From sequence record NC_048173.1: DNA of 64,000 nucleotides. One strand, given 5' to 3'. Under the pieces are notes generated by a model, which was given only the letters and a program-made list of their open reading frames with translations, was not told where the DNA came from and did no database searches. Below, in pieces: positions 28,363-38,045 of this stretch; the stretch's first letter is position 1, and every line of letters begins with the position of its first letter. The translations under genes were made by a program, and so were the position numbers.

Positions 28363-28391
28363 TTGGTGTAAACCTGTGAGGAGTATCAAGA

Positions 28392-30605
28392 ATGCAATCC
28401 TATACCGAGTTAAAGAGCACCCACGCAGACCGTGAGGCGGCTGTCGATATGATTTCAGGCTCGCGTGCAGCAATGCAAGGCGGTCATATGAAATCGGCAG
28501 TGCCGGTGGATAACCCACATCACACCCTGCATTTTACGGGTGCGGACACTGAGTACGAGAAGTATGTGTTTAACCACGTCGTAGAAGACCAAGGTGAAGT
28601 CTACCAGTACAATTACAATGGTCGTTTTCTGCGCGCCATCTTTACCCGTACCGCCTGTCGTAGTGACGCAACACCGCTGCAGCGCGCAATCTTTTTCCGT
28701 CGGTCGGCATTAGGTGATGGCGGGCGTCCCGTTATCGACCTGATTGAAACCACTGGTTACACCGACCACGACCACGTCTTTACCTCACCACAAAAGGAAA
28801 CGCCGAAACTCCAGCGCCTTTTGCGTGGAGAGACCAACATTCTGGACTTAGGGGATAACCTCACCGAACTGAACTGTCAGAAAGATGGGGAGTTCGCAGA
28901 TGGGGTGAATCTGTTAACGGTACCGGTATCGCATCCTGAGAACATTGAAGATGCGTACTTTATCTCCAAGACCGCAGCGGCAATGATGCACGGTTACGGC
29001 TATCGTCGCATTACCGTGGTGTTGCGTGATGGGGATACCCTGTTGGACATCATGGGATACCGCACCGCTGATGGGCGTTGGGTGCCGAAATACTTCCCAG
29101 AGATTGGCGAAGCGATTCCTAACAGTGGGCTGGTTATCGCCAAACGTCTGTACGATCCGTTGTACGCCGCTATCGACATGTCATCCGGTGAACTGCAGCA
29201 CCCGTCACCGTTCTTTGACCGCTGTGAATACGTGGATGCGGACCCAGAGTACGTAGCGAACCCAACCGAAGAAAACGGGTCTCGCGTCATTGACATTAAA
29301 GTGTGGCGTAACGATGCCATGGTGAAGAACGGGGTCAATAACATCCGCTGTACTGAAGAGAACAAGCGTCTGCTTGATGAATACGCACTGGGCCTGAAAG
29401 ATTACTACACGTCTATTCTGCGTTTCTACTTCTCAGTAAAAGAAGATGTGATTTGGTCACCGAAAGCCAGTCTGCTGATTCGTACAGCACTGGCGTCTGA
29501 CTGTCATGAAGTGTTCCATGAGTTCCAGCGTGATATCCGTGATGAACTGACGAAGTCTGTCCGTCGTCATGAGAACAAGCAGGACTACGTGGACAGCAAC
29601 ATGAAGAAACTTCAGGAAGCGCCGGAGCGTAACCTGAAGGAAGCAGTCACCAACTACACCATCGAAATCGTGGTGCGTTACCCTATCCCGGTCACCGTGT
29701 CGTCAAAGATTACTGACCGTTCGGGTACTAAGGGTATCGTGGGTGCCGTAATGGATGATGAGCTGATGCCTCTGGATGAGTTCGGTCAGCGTATCCACTG
29801 TCTGCGTAGTGCGAACGCCGTTATGCGCCGTTCAACCTATTCGGCGCCGTACCACATCTTCTGGTCGGCAGCATCTGAGCAGTTAAAGATGCGCATGAAA
29901 CCAATGCTGGAGGAAAATCGGGTAGACGATGCGTGGGCTGAGCTGCTCGAGTATCTGAACTGCTATAATGAGAAGTGGTCGCGTGCCATTGCTCTGACGC
30001 ACCAGACAACCGAGGAACGGATTAAACTGTTCGAACAGATTTACGAAACCAGTATCCGTATCCACCTGCCACATGAGCTGCCGAAATCCGGGATAGATAT
30101 ATGTGATAGCCTTGGTAGATTCACACCGAAGCGCACCAAACTGTTAATGACCGACTATAACGGGAAGAAGCAGTGGACGAAGAACACGTTTTACGTGGGC
30201 TACGTAGAAACCTTACGTCTGGACAAAACCGGTCGTGAGTTCTCCTCAATGTCATCCATGTACACAAACTACTTGGGTGCAATTGATGCCAGCGGCGCCG
30301 GTGCCGGGAACTACCCGATGAAGTACAAGGCCATTAAGTTCGGCGGGGAGTCTGAACGTCGACTGCTCGAAGGCTACCGTAAAGGCACCTTCGATGAGAT
30401 TCACAACCGTGCTAACTGTCCGGATGTGCATCGTGCCGTGGTTCGTGGGCTGTATGAATCCCACACACCGACTTCACCGGGGTATCTGATTGATCGTAAA
30501 CAGTTCCCGATGGGTTATTCGCAGATTGATAAACTGGTGGACAACATTCACCGCTGCGAAGGTTTCCGTTTAGTTAAACCACTTCGCGAGGATGTAGCTG
30601 CATGA
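28392..30605 (+). CDS. rpoB: Non-virion RNA polymerase beta C-terminal subunit (phiKZ gp71-73-like)
   Basis: SKITDRSGTKG (cf. GDK...RHGxKG) and KFGGESE (cf. RFGEME). Confidence 0.88.
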   Translation: MQSYTELKSTHADREAAVDMISGSRAAMQGGHMKSAVPVDNPHHTLHFTGADTEYEKYVFNHVVEDQGEVYQYNYNGRFLRAIFTRTACRSDATPLQRAIFFRRSALGDGGRPVIDLIETTGYTDHDHVFTSPQKETPKLQRLLRGETNILDLGDNLTELNCQKDGEFADGVNLLTVPVSHPENIEDAYFISKTAAAMMHGYGYRRITVVLRDGDTLLDIMGYRTADGRWVPKYFPEIGEAIPNSGLVIAKRLYDPLYAAIDMSSGELQHPSPFFDRCEYVDADPEYVANPTEENGSRVIDIKVWRNDAMVKNGVNNIRCTEENKRLLDEYALGLKDYYTSILRFYFSVKEDVIWSPKASLLIRTALASDCHEVFHEFQRDIRDELTKSVRRHENKQDYVDSNMKKLQEAPERNLKEAVTNYTIEIVVRYPIPVTVSSKITDRSGTKGIVGAVMDDELMPLDEFGQRIHCLRSANAVMRRSTYSAPYHIFWSAASEQLKMRMKPMLEENRVDDAWAELLEYLNCYNEKWSRAIALTHQTTEERIKLFEQIYETSIRIHLPHELPKSGIDICDSLGRFTPKRTKLLMTDYNGKKQWTKNTFYVGYVETLRLDKTGREFSSMSSMYTNYLGAIDASGAGAGNYPMKYKAIKFGGESERRLLEGYRKGTFDEIHNRANCPDVHRAVVRGLYESHTPTSPGYLIDRKQFPMGYSQIDKLVDNIHRCEGFRLVKPLREDVAA

Positions 30606-32713
30606 AAAAGGGCTTAGCCGTACATGTGCGGGACCTGCGTAACCTGACCAAGGACCAAGTCTGGAGACTGAACGGGCGTTACGATGTAACGTTCGATGAC
30701 GGCGTGACCCTCCCCATGGGGGGTCGCCACATTAAACTAAGCTGGCCGTACTGGGCGTTCTCACGCCTGTACGATTTTGTACCCACCCCTAGCACCCTCA
30801 CGTACCAACGTGAAGAGGTGTCCACGGACAAGAAGCATTTGGAACTGCTGGGGGTAATGTTCCGTTTGGCCAAACATCATGGCATCCCTATCGCCGATAT
30901 CCGTTATGTGTTATCCGAACACGGGTACACGGATGCGTACAACGGTTCTGTCGAGAACCTGATTGCGTACATCTCAACGGTTGACGTGGATACCTTCTTA
31001 GACATCTGGCGCCACCCCCGTATGGACGTGGTGCGCGATTTGGCCCGTCGTTATCCGGAAGGGTACGACGAAGAAGGCAATGACATGGTGGAAGTGGCGT
31101 ATCAGGAAATCGAGATGATTTTCGATGACCCCGCGATGCGCTACAACATGGCGGTGATGTCGGTTCGTGACCACACCGTCAAAGGCGATACCATCCTGCA
31201 GGCATTTGTCCGCGGGAAGCTGTCAGAGATTGACTCACGGGTATTCAGTAATCAGGTATGGTCCGGACTCTTTACCGGTCTGGACGATGCCGGTCGTGTG
31301 AAGGAATCGTGCTCGACCTCGCGTTCGCATCTGTATAACACAGATAACATCGCCGATGCTGAATACACCAGTCGTAAATTCCAGTTGGTATCCAACGTCC
31401 TGATGCGTTATACGCCGGGGGACTGTGGAACCCATCACCATCATCGTAAGACCTTTACGGATACCCGCTCACAAGAGCTGATATTCAATGCGATGGCGGG
31501 GATGTACTTTAAACTGGAAGGACATCAAGAAGGCCCGTGGATACGCTTTAATAAAGGCGAGTTCAAGCAGTACGTGAACAAACCACTGGTCTTCCGCTCA
31601 GCCATGACCTGTAAACTGCTGGCGAAGCAGTCTATCTGTTCTATCTGCATGGGCGATATGGTCGACAACATGTCTGATGACACTGCGCCGGGTCACTTGG
31701 CTCTGACTTCCATTTCGGAGAAAGGGTCACAGGGGATTCTGTCCACCAAGCACTTGGACTTCCTGCGCAAAGTGTTGCAGCTCGTGTTTACCTCGACAAT
31801 GGAGCGTTTCATTACGCTGTTCAAGCACAGCACCGTGAAAGCGGTGCGACTGCAGAACAAACCGTTGCAGGGTAAATGGGATGACTATGAACTGACAATT
31901 CAGGATAAGATCCACTCCGAGCTTATTCAGATTGCCTACCATAGTTCGTTGTCTGAACTGGATGAAACGGCCTTACCTGACATCAATGCGTTGACTTTTG
32001 TACGCATCGATAAAGAAGGGAATGTCCTCGATGAGGAGTCCATCAACGTGCGAATGGGGGTGTGCGGGAACTTCTCCCCAGACTTCCTGAAGCACTATCT
32101 GCGCAACAAAGACAAGCTGCGTATCGTTGGCAAATCTGTACATATCCCTCTCGCCGGTTGGAACGTGAACCGTCCTCTGTTAGTTTATACAAATCGCTCA
32201 GAAAGTATGGCGGAGTTTGTATCAGCAATGGAAGCGAAGATTCGTTCCGCGTCGGTCGATGGTGAAGACCGTTTAGTGAAGTCGAAGAAGATGGAAGGCA
32301 ACCAGCGTTCTGCTTTCTTCAAGAACAAAAACGGTGTGGTAAAATCCATCTCTTTGGTGGACCAGCGTGGTGCTACAGAACAGCAATGTACCGATGCCAT
32401 GTTTGACATGTATCAGTTCATTGACCGTAAACTGAAAGGTATCCCGATGGCGCACATCGGTATTACGTTAGCCGTCTCCCGTGTCGAATCCCCAACCAAC
32501 TCCTTCCCGGCAGTTGGCTTCGATGCCGAAGACTACAACACGCAATCCGGTAAGCGTTTCTTAGACCACAACACCATCATGGGTCGTCGCTCTGCAGCCC
32601 CAATGCTTTTCTATGAGGGTCAACAGGACTACCTCGACAACATCGGCTTTTGGACTGACAGAGTTCGCCCGGCGTCGTTATACGACGGGGCGTTCTTTGC
32701 AGTTAAGAAATAA
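30602..32713 (+). CDS. rpoC: Non-virion RNA polymerase beta' C-terminal subunit (phiKZ gp74-like)
   Basis: Bridge-helix-like NIADAEYTSRKF, DCGT, C..C..C Zn site, trigger loop ISEKGSQGILSTKH. Confidence 0.88.
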   Translation: MKKGLAVHVRDLRNLTKDQVWRLNGRYDVTFDDGVTLPMGGRHIKLSWPYWAFSRLYDFVPTPSTLTYQREEVSTDKKHLELLGVMFRLAKHHGIPIADIRYVLSEHGYTDAYNGSVENLIAYISTVDVDTFLDIWRHPRMDVVRDLARRYPEGYDEEGNDMVEVAYQEIEMIFDDPAMRYNMAVMSVRDHTVKGDTILQAFVRGKLSEIDSRVFSNQVWSGLFTGLDDAGRVKESCSTSRSHLYNTDNIADAEYTSRKFQLVSNVLMRYTPGDCGTHHHHRKTFTDTRSQELIFNAMAGMYFKLEGHQEGPWIRFNKGEFKQYVNKPLVFRSAMTCKLLAKQSICSICMGDMVDNMSDDTAPGHLALTSISEKGSQGILSTKHLDFLRKVLQLVFTSTMERFITLFKHSTVKAVRLQNKPLQGKWDDYELTIQDKIHSELIQIAYHSSLSELDETALPDINALTFVRIDKEGNVLDEESINVRMGVCGNFSPDFLKHYLRNKDKLRIVGKSVHIPLAGWNVNRPLLVYTNRSESMAEFVSAMEAKIRSASVDGEDRLVKSKKMEGNQRSAFFKNKNGVVKSISLVDQRGATEQQCTDAMFDMYQFIDRKLKGIPMAHIGITLAVSRVESPTNSFPAVGFDAEDYNTQSGKRFLDHNTIMGRRSAAPMLFYEGQQDYLDNIGFWTDRVRPASLYDGAFFAVKK

Positions 32714-32716
32714 ACT

Positions 32717-32743
32717 GAGGGGCCACGTGCCCCTCTCTTTTTT
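32717..32743 (+). terminator. Intrinsic terminator (GAGGGGC/GCCCCTC + T run)
   Basis: 7-bp stem, T tract. Confidence 0.8.
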
Positions 32744-32755
32744 GTGAGGGGCAAG

Positions 32756-34456
32756 ATGTTCGTCATTAACGTCATGCATACCAGTATGGGCTTTCGCATC
32801 GAAGTGCCTGTACGGGTTATCGAATTAGCTATTTTAAAGTTCGCTGATGAAAACTTGCACGCGCCTAAGATGGGGCGCGACCATGGGAGAATAACCGTCG
32901 AAAAGGGGGACGCCTATTACGTACACGTTCCCTCAATGAACTGGTTCTACTTCCACAAGGACTACTTCCATCGCATTAAGCAGATTGTCCTGAATACTGC
33001 GATTGAGTACAACAAGCAAGTGGAGGTGAAAGAACACACCTACCAACGTAAGGAACCGTACAAGTGCGAATTCGATAACTACGGCTTTCAGATGGAGGTA
33101 ACCGACCCCGAGTCGCGTTTCTTCTATCAGAACGAAGTGGTGGAAAAAGCACTTGACCCGCTGTACCTGCAAATCATCTTTGCGATTCAAACCGGGCGTG
33201 GGAAAACCAAGTCGGCGCAGAAGGTGATGGTAAAGCGCGGCGTACGTACGGTTCTGATTCACCGACCGACTTACGTTGATAAGTGGAAGTTCGACTGTAT
33301 TGAAGATGAGTCTGGGCTGCGGGTAGATGACAAACACGTCTACGTGGCGAAAGGGACGCAGGGCATTTATGACCTGATTGAGGATGGCCGCAGCGGTAAG
33401 TTAGACCGGATGGGAATAAAGGTTGTTATCCTGCCCACTGTCTCCCTGTTTAACTTCATGAAAGAAGCGATTGCAACCATGGCCTCCAGCCCGGTTGACT
33501 TCGAGTCGTTCTATGACGATATCGGCGTCGGTCAGGTGGTGTACGATGAAGTGCACGAACACTTCTTACTCGTGTACCTCAGCGGGATTCTGTTGAACCC
33601 GCCGTACTCACTGGAGATGTCCGCGACGTTGAAGCCGGGGGCTGCGAAGAAGTTTATCGCTGACCGGTATCTCGAGCGTTTTCCTCTACGTTTTCGTGTC
33701 TCGGTACCGTATATCCCGGTGGTTGATATTCGTGGGCTGTATTACAGCATTGATGACCCGGGCTTTATTCGCCGTGTGGCCAGAATGTCGCCGTACAACC
33801 ACAAATTGTTCGAGCAGCAGCTCCTCAAACACAAACTCGAAGATTCGTACTTCTCGATGGTGTTTGATATCCTGAAGCGGTCGTACCTCGATAAGTATGA
33901 GTCCGGTCAAAAGGCGTTGGTGTTCTTTGCTCTGGTTGAGATGTGTGAAGCATTCACGAAGTATGTGAAGCATCGCCTTCGTAACGGAGACGGACCACCG
34001 GGCTTGACTGTGGCGAAGTACAATGCGGGGGACAGCTACGACGAGTTCATTGCTGCAGACATCGGGGTCTCGACTCCGGGGAAAGCAGGTACGGCAATTG
34101 ACATACCCGGTTTGGTGGTCGCTATCGTGACCATCGCTATCGATGACCGTCAGTTGAATGAACAGATTGCAGGCCGCCCGCGTGAGGTGACGAAGTGGGA
34201 TTTGACACCGAAAGTGTTCTTCCTGCATTGCAGTGAAATGCCAAAGCACTTGCAGTATTTGGCCTCACGGCAAGAGTCGCTTAAGGAAGTAGTGAAGTCA
34301 TTTACGACCTCCTTCTCCCCTTACGTTATAAGGAAAACGCATGCTAGCTCCTCCTTCTCCAGCAGTGCCCCTTCCGCCGTACCAAGGTTTAAGTCTATCA
34401 AGTCTCCTCGAAAAGGTTTTACGGGCTTACCCGGCCGTCGAGGACGCCGTCGTTAA
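32756..34456 (+). CDS. Superfamily 2 (DEAH-type) helicase (phiKZ gp75-like)
   Basis: QTGRGKT Walker A, DEVH, SAT; ATG 32756 with GAGGGG RBS. Confidence 0.9.
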   Translation: MFVINVMHTSMGFRIEVPVRVIELAILKFADENLHAPKMGRDHGRITVEKGDAYYVHVPSMNWFYFHKDYFHRIKQIVLNTAIEYNKQVEVKEHTYQRKEPYKCEFDNYGFQMEVTDPESRFFYQNEVVEKALDPLYLQIIFAIQTGRGKTKSAQKVMVKRGVRTVLIHRPTYVDKWKFDCIEDESGLRVDDKHVYVAKGTQGIYDLIEDGRSGKLDRMGIKVVILPTVSLFNFMKEAIATMASSPVDFESFYDDIGVGQVVYDEVHEHFLLVYLSGILLNPPYSLEMSATLKPGAAKKFIADRYLERFPLRFRVSVPYIPVVDIRGLYYSIDDPGFIRRVARMSPYNHKLFEQQLLKHKLEDSYFSMVFDILKRSYLDKYESGQKALVFFALVEMCEAFTKYVKHRLRNGDGPPGLTVAKYNAGDSYDEFIAADIGVSTPGKAGTAIDIPGLVVAIVTIAIDDRQLNEQIAGRPREVTKWDLTPKVFFLHCSEMPKHLQYLASRQESLKEVVKSFTTSFSPYVIRKTHASSSFSSSAPSAVPRFKSIKSPRKGFTGLPGRRGRRR

Positions 34457-34718
34457 GTTGTGTGAAGACTCGGCCACGCGCCGAGCTTTCCACTATTACA
34501 TGGTGACTGAACACTTTGCCGGCATGCAGATTACGCAGCGGGGCAAGACGTACTACGTCACGCGTGTCAGCAGTATCCGCAATACCGCCGGTTACGAGCA
34601 GTATAGTTGGGTGCTCTGGCACGATGACAAATCCGGTACGTCCGTCGACGAGAACCCGAAGGTTGCTTACCGCTTGTATTCACACAAGTGGTTTGACTGG
34701 GTAACCGTTAAACATTAA
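34341..34718 (+). CDS. Hypothetical protein overlapping the helicase 3' end by 116 nt
   Basis: 125 aa, AAGGA RBS 6 nt upstream, terminator directly after stop. Confidence 0.55.
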   Translation: MLAPPSPAVPLPPYQGLSLSSLLEKVLRAYPAVEDAVVKLCEDSATRRAFHYYMVTEHFAGMQITQRGKTYYVTRVSSIRNTAGYEQYSWVLWHDDKSGTSVDENPKVAYRLYSHKWFDWVTVKH

Positions 34719-34724
34719 TAACAC

Positions 34725-34764
34725 GGGGGACACTCTATATGTCCCCCACTACCCTTATTTTTTT
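34725..34764 (+). terminator. Hairpin GGGGGACA/TGTCCCCC + T run (TATG at loop edge)
   Basis: 8-bp stem. Confidence 0.7.
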
Positions 34765-34784
34765 GATAAAAGGAAATAGCCGAT

Positions 34785-35399
34785 ATGTCTCGTCGTAAGA
34801 AGAAAGCTCCCCATAATCCGCGTAACGGTGCCCGCACTGAAATCTTCAGTGGCGTACGCTCCGTCCTGCGCTGCGAAGACAAGTGGAAAGAACACTCTGC
34901 CCGCATCGGTACCATGATTGAGCAAGAGCGTGTTGCCATTGCCAAAATGGAAGACGTTGAGAAGAAAACCGTCGCTACCGAAGCGCTCGATCGCATGTAC
35001 GCTGCCTACCTCGGCTGGCTGCAGCATTTCAACGACAAATACATGGTCGCCTCTGAGAAAGCAGACGCGATCGGTACCAAAGCGCTGGACGTTATCAATC
35101 AGAAAGACATCAAGTGGAAAGACCTTGACATGCTGCTGATTGAACCGACCGCTCAGCTGGTCGAACTGGACTCGGAAATGACGAATATGCTCATGACCGC
35201 GTCGACCACCATTATGCCGGCGATCGCCGAGTACCAAATTAAAACCGGTGACGGCAAAGACAATGCTGAAATCGCAGAAGTGCTGAAAGCCATGAACGCT
35301 CAGCCTCTGCCGGAACCGGGCTTCGAAGCGGTAGATGAAGACACGTCTCGTGAAGACCGTGCTGACGATGCGTTTGAACGCGCTGCCGCCCAGGCTTAA
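34785..35399 (+). CDS. Conserved helical protein, probably virion/assembly
   Basis: 204 aa, AAGGA RBS, strong codon bias. Confidence 0.75.
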   Translation: MSRRKKKAPHNPRNGARTEIFSGVRSVLRCEDKWKEHSARIGTMIEQERVAIAKMEDVEKKTVATEALDRMYAAYLGWLQHFNDKYMVASEKADAIGTKALDVINQKDIKWKDLDMLLIEPTAQLVELDSEMTNMLMTASTTIMPAIAEYQIKTGDGKDNAEIAEVLKAMNAQPLPEPGFEAVDEDTSREDRADDAFERAAAQA

Positions 35400-35419
35400 T
35401 CTGTAGGGGTAACTCACCA

Positions 35420-37585
35420 ATGAGTCAGGAAACTGAAAACCACGGTCGCCCGTCACTGGGTGGCCCTGTTCACCAGACCGATGAAGTTTTGCCGGCTGCT
35501 GAAGACCACGGCTTCAAAAAGATTGACGAAGAGGATTACGATCCGGAAGCTGCCCGTAAACTGTGGTTAGCCGATCGTGAAAAGAGACGTTTAGCTGCAC
35601 AGGGAGTTTCAGATGGTGGTGAAGGTAGCAATACTGGGGGGCATGCCTCGCCAAATGCGCGCGTGGTCAATCCAAGCACTCCTGTTAGCCGGGGTGCAGA
35701 TAGCGAGCGAGCGGGAAGTGGAGGAGGACAGGAAGTCGAGACTGCCGTTCACCGACACGTCGATCCAACCCCTGAACGCAGCTTTGTTCAGCACCCCGCT
35801 GTCGACGAAGCAATCCCCGCTCCCGCCACACGAGTTTCTCCACAGCCAGTACATGAAGCTGACCTTGCCCCGGCACAGCCGCAGCATGCGCCGGCCCAAA
35901 CGCAGGAAGTGAAAGATGGCCAACAGCAAAAAGCCCCGCAAGCGCAAAGCGCACAAGTCGTTCTTCAACACGGAGAGACTGGAGGAGCGGAACGAGTCCA
36001 ACCAACTCCATCTGCAGCAGCAGACCGCCCAGCTGTCCAGCCGGCTGCAAACGTTGCGCCATCAGAGTCCGGTGCGGATGACGACCATGAGAACGCGACG
36101 CGTCGCATAGCGTCTCTGCTGGAATCACCGGTTCCGCAAGGTGAACGTAACGAGCTGATGAAACTGCTGGACGATGATCCGGTAGGGATGTTGGCAGGGA
36201 TGGCGCTGGTCGGTGGGTTACGTAACCTCGCCCAGTCGTCTAGCGGCTTTAACAAGTTCTTCCGCTCGCTGGAGCGCAGCAAAGACGGTGCCCCGGTCTT
36301 CCGTAACCCGCAAGAAGAAGATGTCTATAATCGCATCATGCAAATTATGCAGATTGCGTCTCCTTCAATGCAGAACGGTAATCAGGCCCAGTCTGAAGCA
36401 GCCCTGCGTGACGATATCCAATGGAAACAGCATCTGGATACCGGCACTGACGAGCCGTTCGTCATTAAGAACCACCCACAACAGGGTGCGGGTCTGATGA
36501 AGCTTGTGTACCGTCGCCAGAACTCTGGTGCGCCGGTTACCGTGTTCTTGCCGGCCTCGGGCTTCTTTATTACCTCGAAGGCACCGCATGAGAACGACTT
36601 CTGTGACTACGATGTAGCGCAGACCATGGATACCAATCAGGTGGGTTTGTCTACCTTCGGTATTCTGCTGTCGGCGTCCTCTGGTCTGTACCTGAAGCAC
36701 ATGGTTAACTTCGCGCTGAAGTTTGTGGTCGACACCACGTTGGACGTGGGCGGTGGCGATATGCACCAAACCCTGTACAACAAAATCGACGAGCGTGATT
36801 ACTGGCTGGTTGTCATGGCCTGTACCATTGCCAAATACCCGGGCGGTATTCCGTGGCTGATGGCGTGTACTGAACCGCAGTGTACCTTCGAAGAAGAGCA
36901 GAAGCTGAATATCGCCCGTAGCATCCGCTACGCGAACGGCATCTTCTCCCCGTCCCAGCTCGAGCTGATTAACCGTCAGCGTAATAAAGAGCCGATGACC
37001 TTCGTTGAGCAAGAAGCGTACCGTAAGGCCCACAAAGTTGACCCCGCCTCGAAATGGGTTGACGGCGACCTGACGTTCCGCTTTGCGCACGCGTCCATTG
37101 CCCGCTATATCGACACCTCTGAAGAGTGGGTGGCTGATATCAACCAGTCCACGACGGAAGCACTGGGGAACTATGCAACAGAGCAAGAGCGTAACAGCTA
37201 CATGCGTACTGCCGCTGAGACCCGCCGTCTGACCCGTTATCTGCACTTCATCGAATCCATCACCGGTAAGGCCGATGGTGACGAAGAGCCGTACGTTGAG
37301 CGTGACCCGGTAAAAATCCGCGAAGTCTTGGTAGCCATGTCTTCTGACCGTGCCTTCGTGGCGCGCTTTGAAGCGGCTATCGAACACTTCAACGAACGTA
37401 GCCGTCTGGCCATCTTCGGGTACATGTCGCACAAGTGCCCAAGTTGTGGTGCAGCGACCGGTGAGAAAGAAGGCGCGTTCCGTGGTATCGTTGAGATTTC
37501 ACCGGACAGACTTTTTTTCGTGCTCTCTCGAGTGGTGTACGAGATTCAGAAACTCTTAACAGATCAATACGAAAGTATTGGTTAG
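35420..37585 (+). CDS. Baseplate-hub/tail assembly chaperone-like protein (T4 gp26-like CxxC pairs), long disordered N-terminus
   Basis: 721 aa; CTEPQC and KCPSCG; function inferred. Confidence 0.55.
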   Translation: MSQETENHGRPSLGGPVHQTDEVLPAAEDHGFKKIDEEDYDPEAARKLWLADREKRRLAAQGVSDGGEGSNTGGHASPNARVVNPSTPVSRGADSERAGSGGGQEVETAVHRHVDPTPERSFVQHPAVDEAIPAPATRVSPQPVHEADLAPAQPQHAPAQTQEVKDGQQQKAPQAQSAQVVLQHGETGGAERVQPTPSAAADRPAVQPAANVAPSESGADDDHENATRRIASLLESPVPQGERNELMKLLDDDPVGMLAGMALVGGLRNLAQSSSGFNKFFRSLERSKDGAPVFRNPQEEDVYNRIMQIMQIASPSMQNGNQAQSEAALRDDIQWKQHLDTGTDEPFVIKNHPQQGAGLMKLVYRRQNSGAPVTVFLPASGFFITSKAPHENDFCDYDVAQTMDTNQVGLSTFGILLSASSGLYLKHMVNFALKFVVDTTLDVGGGDMHQTLYNKIDERDYWLVVMACTIAKYPGGIPWLMACTEPQCTFEEEQKLNIARSIRYANGIFSPSQLELINRQRNKEPMTFVEQEAYRKAHKVDPASKWVDGDLTFRFAHASIARYIDTSEEWVADINQSTTEALGNYATEQERNSYMRTAAETRRLTRYLHFIESITGKADGDEEPYVERDPVKIREVLVAMSSDRAFVARFEAAIEHFNERSRLAIFGYMSHKCPSCGAATGEKEGAFRGIVEISPDRLFFVLSRVVYEIQKLLTDQYESIG
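37513..37544 (+). promoter_or_regulatory. Predicted programmed -1 ribosomal frameshift signal (T TTT TTC + hairpin TCTCG/CGAGA)
   Basis: In-frame X XXY YYZ heptamer; -1 frame opens at 37495 and runs to 37974. Confidence 0.7.
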
Positions 37586-37974
37586 AGAATGGCAGCTTAA
37601 GCCACGAAACCCTTATCAACACGCTTAAGCTTGACACCACCTCTCTGTTTAAGCGTCGAGATCATCGGGCGGTAACTTACCAAGAGGCGTACGACGAGCT
37701 AATGGCTTCGTACGATGCCTCGTTAGGTTTGGACACGGGCCGATTCCATGTGGCGATGTCCAGTCAGGAAGATCCTCTGGCTAACTCGCTGTATCAGATA
37801 TGGGTGGAAACGTTTATTAGGGAGGATGTCTATAAGTATCTGGGGTTAAACTTCCAGCAGTTCTTAGACCAGCCACGCTGGATTATCGACATGCAGCTGA
37901 AGTCCATCAAACGACGTCATCAAGACGAGAGTGCGTTGGCAACCGAGATACAAAACAGCCTTCCGAAAGACTAA
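37516..37974 (+). CDS. Frameshift extension domain (gpGT 'T'/T4 gp51-like); also contains ATG 37702
   Basis: No stop 37495-37971, no ATG/GTG/TTG in frame before 37702; YLGLNFQQFLDQPRW motif. Confidence 0.65.
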   Translation, partial: FRALSSGVRDSETLNRSIRKYWLENGSLSHETLINTLKLDTTSLFKRRDHRAVTYQEAYDELMASYDASLGLDTGRFHVAMSSQEDPLANSLYQIWVETFIREDVYKYLGLNFQQFLDQPRWIIDMQLKSIKRRHQDESALATEIQNSLPKD

Positions 37975-37977
37975 CAC

Positions 37978-38006
37978 GGTGCCCTTCGGGGCACCTTTCT
38001 TTTTTT
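37978..38006 (+). terminator. Intrinsic terminator (GGTGCCC-TTCG-GGGCACC)
   Basis: Perfect stem, cUUCGg loop, T run. Confidence 0.9.
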
Positions 38007-38013
38007 GTCGCCT

Positions 38014-38020
38014 TGGTATG
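38014..38020 (+). promoter_or_regulatory. Candidate late promoter TGGTATG
   Basis: 25 nt upstream of 38046; same heptamer at 57499 and 62367. Confidence 0.5.
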
Positions 38021-38045
38021 TATCCACCATTAGGACCCCACAGCC

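Noticed and set aside
36365-37432. 355-aa minus-strand ORF
   Set aside because: Antisense shadow of the 721-aa gene.
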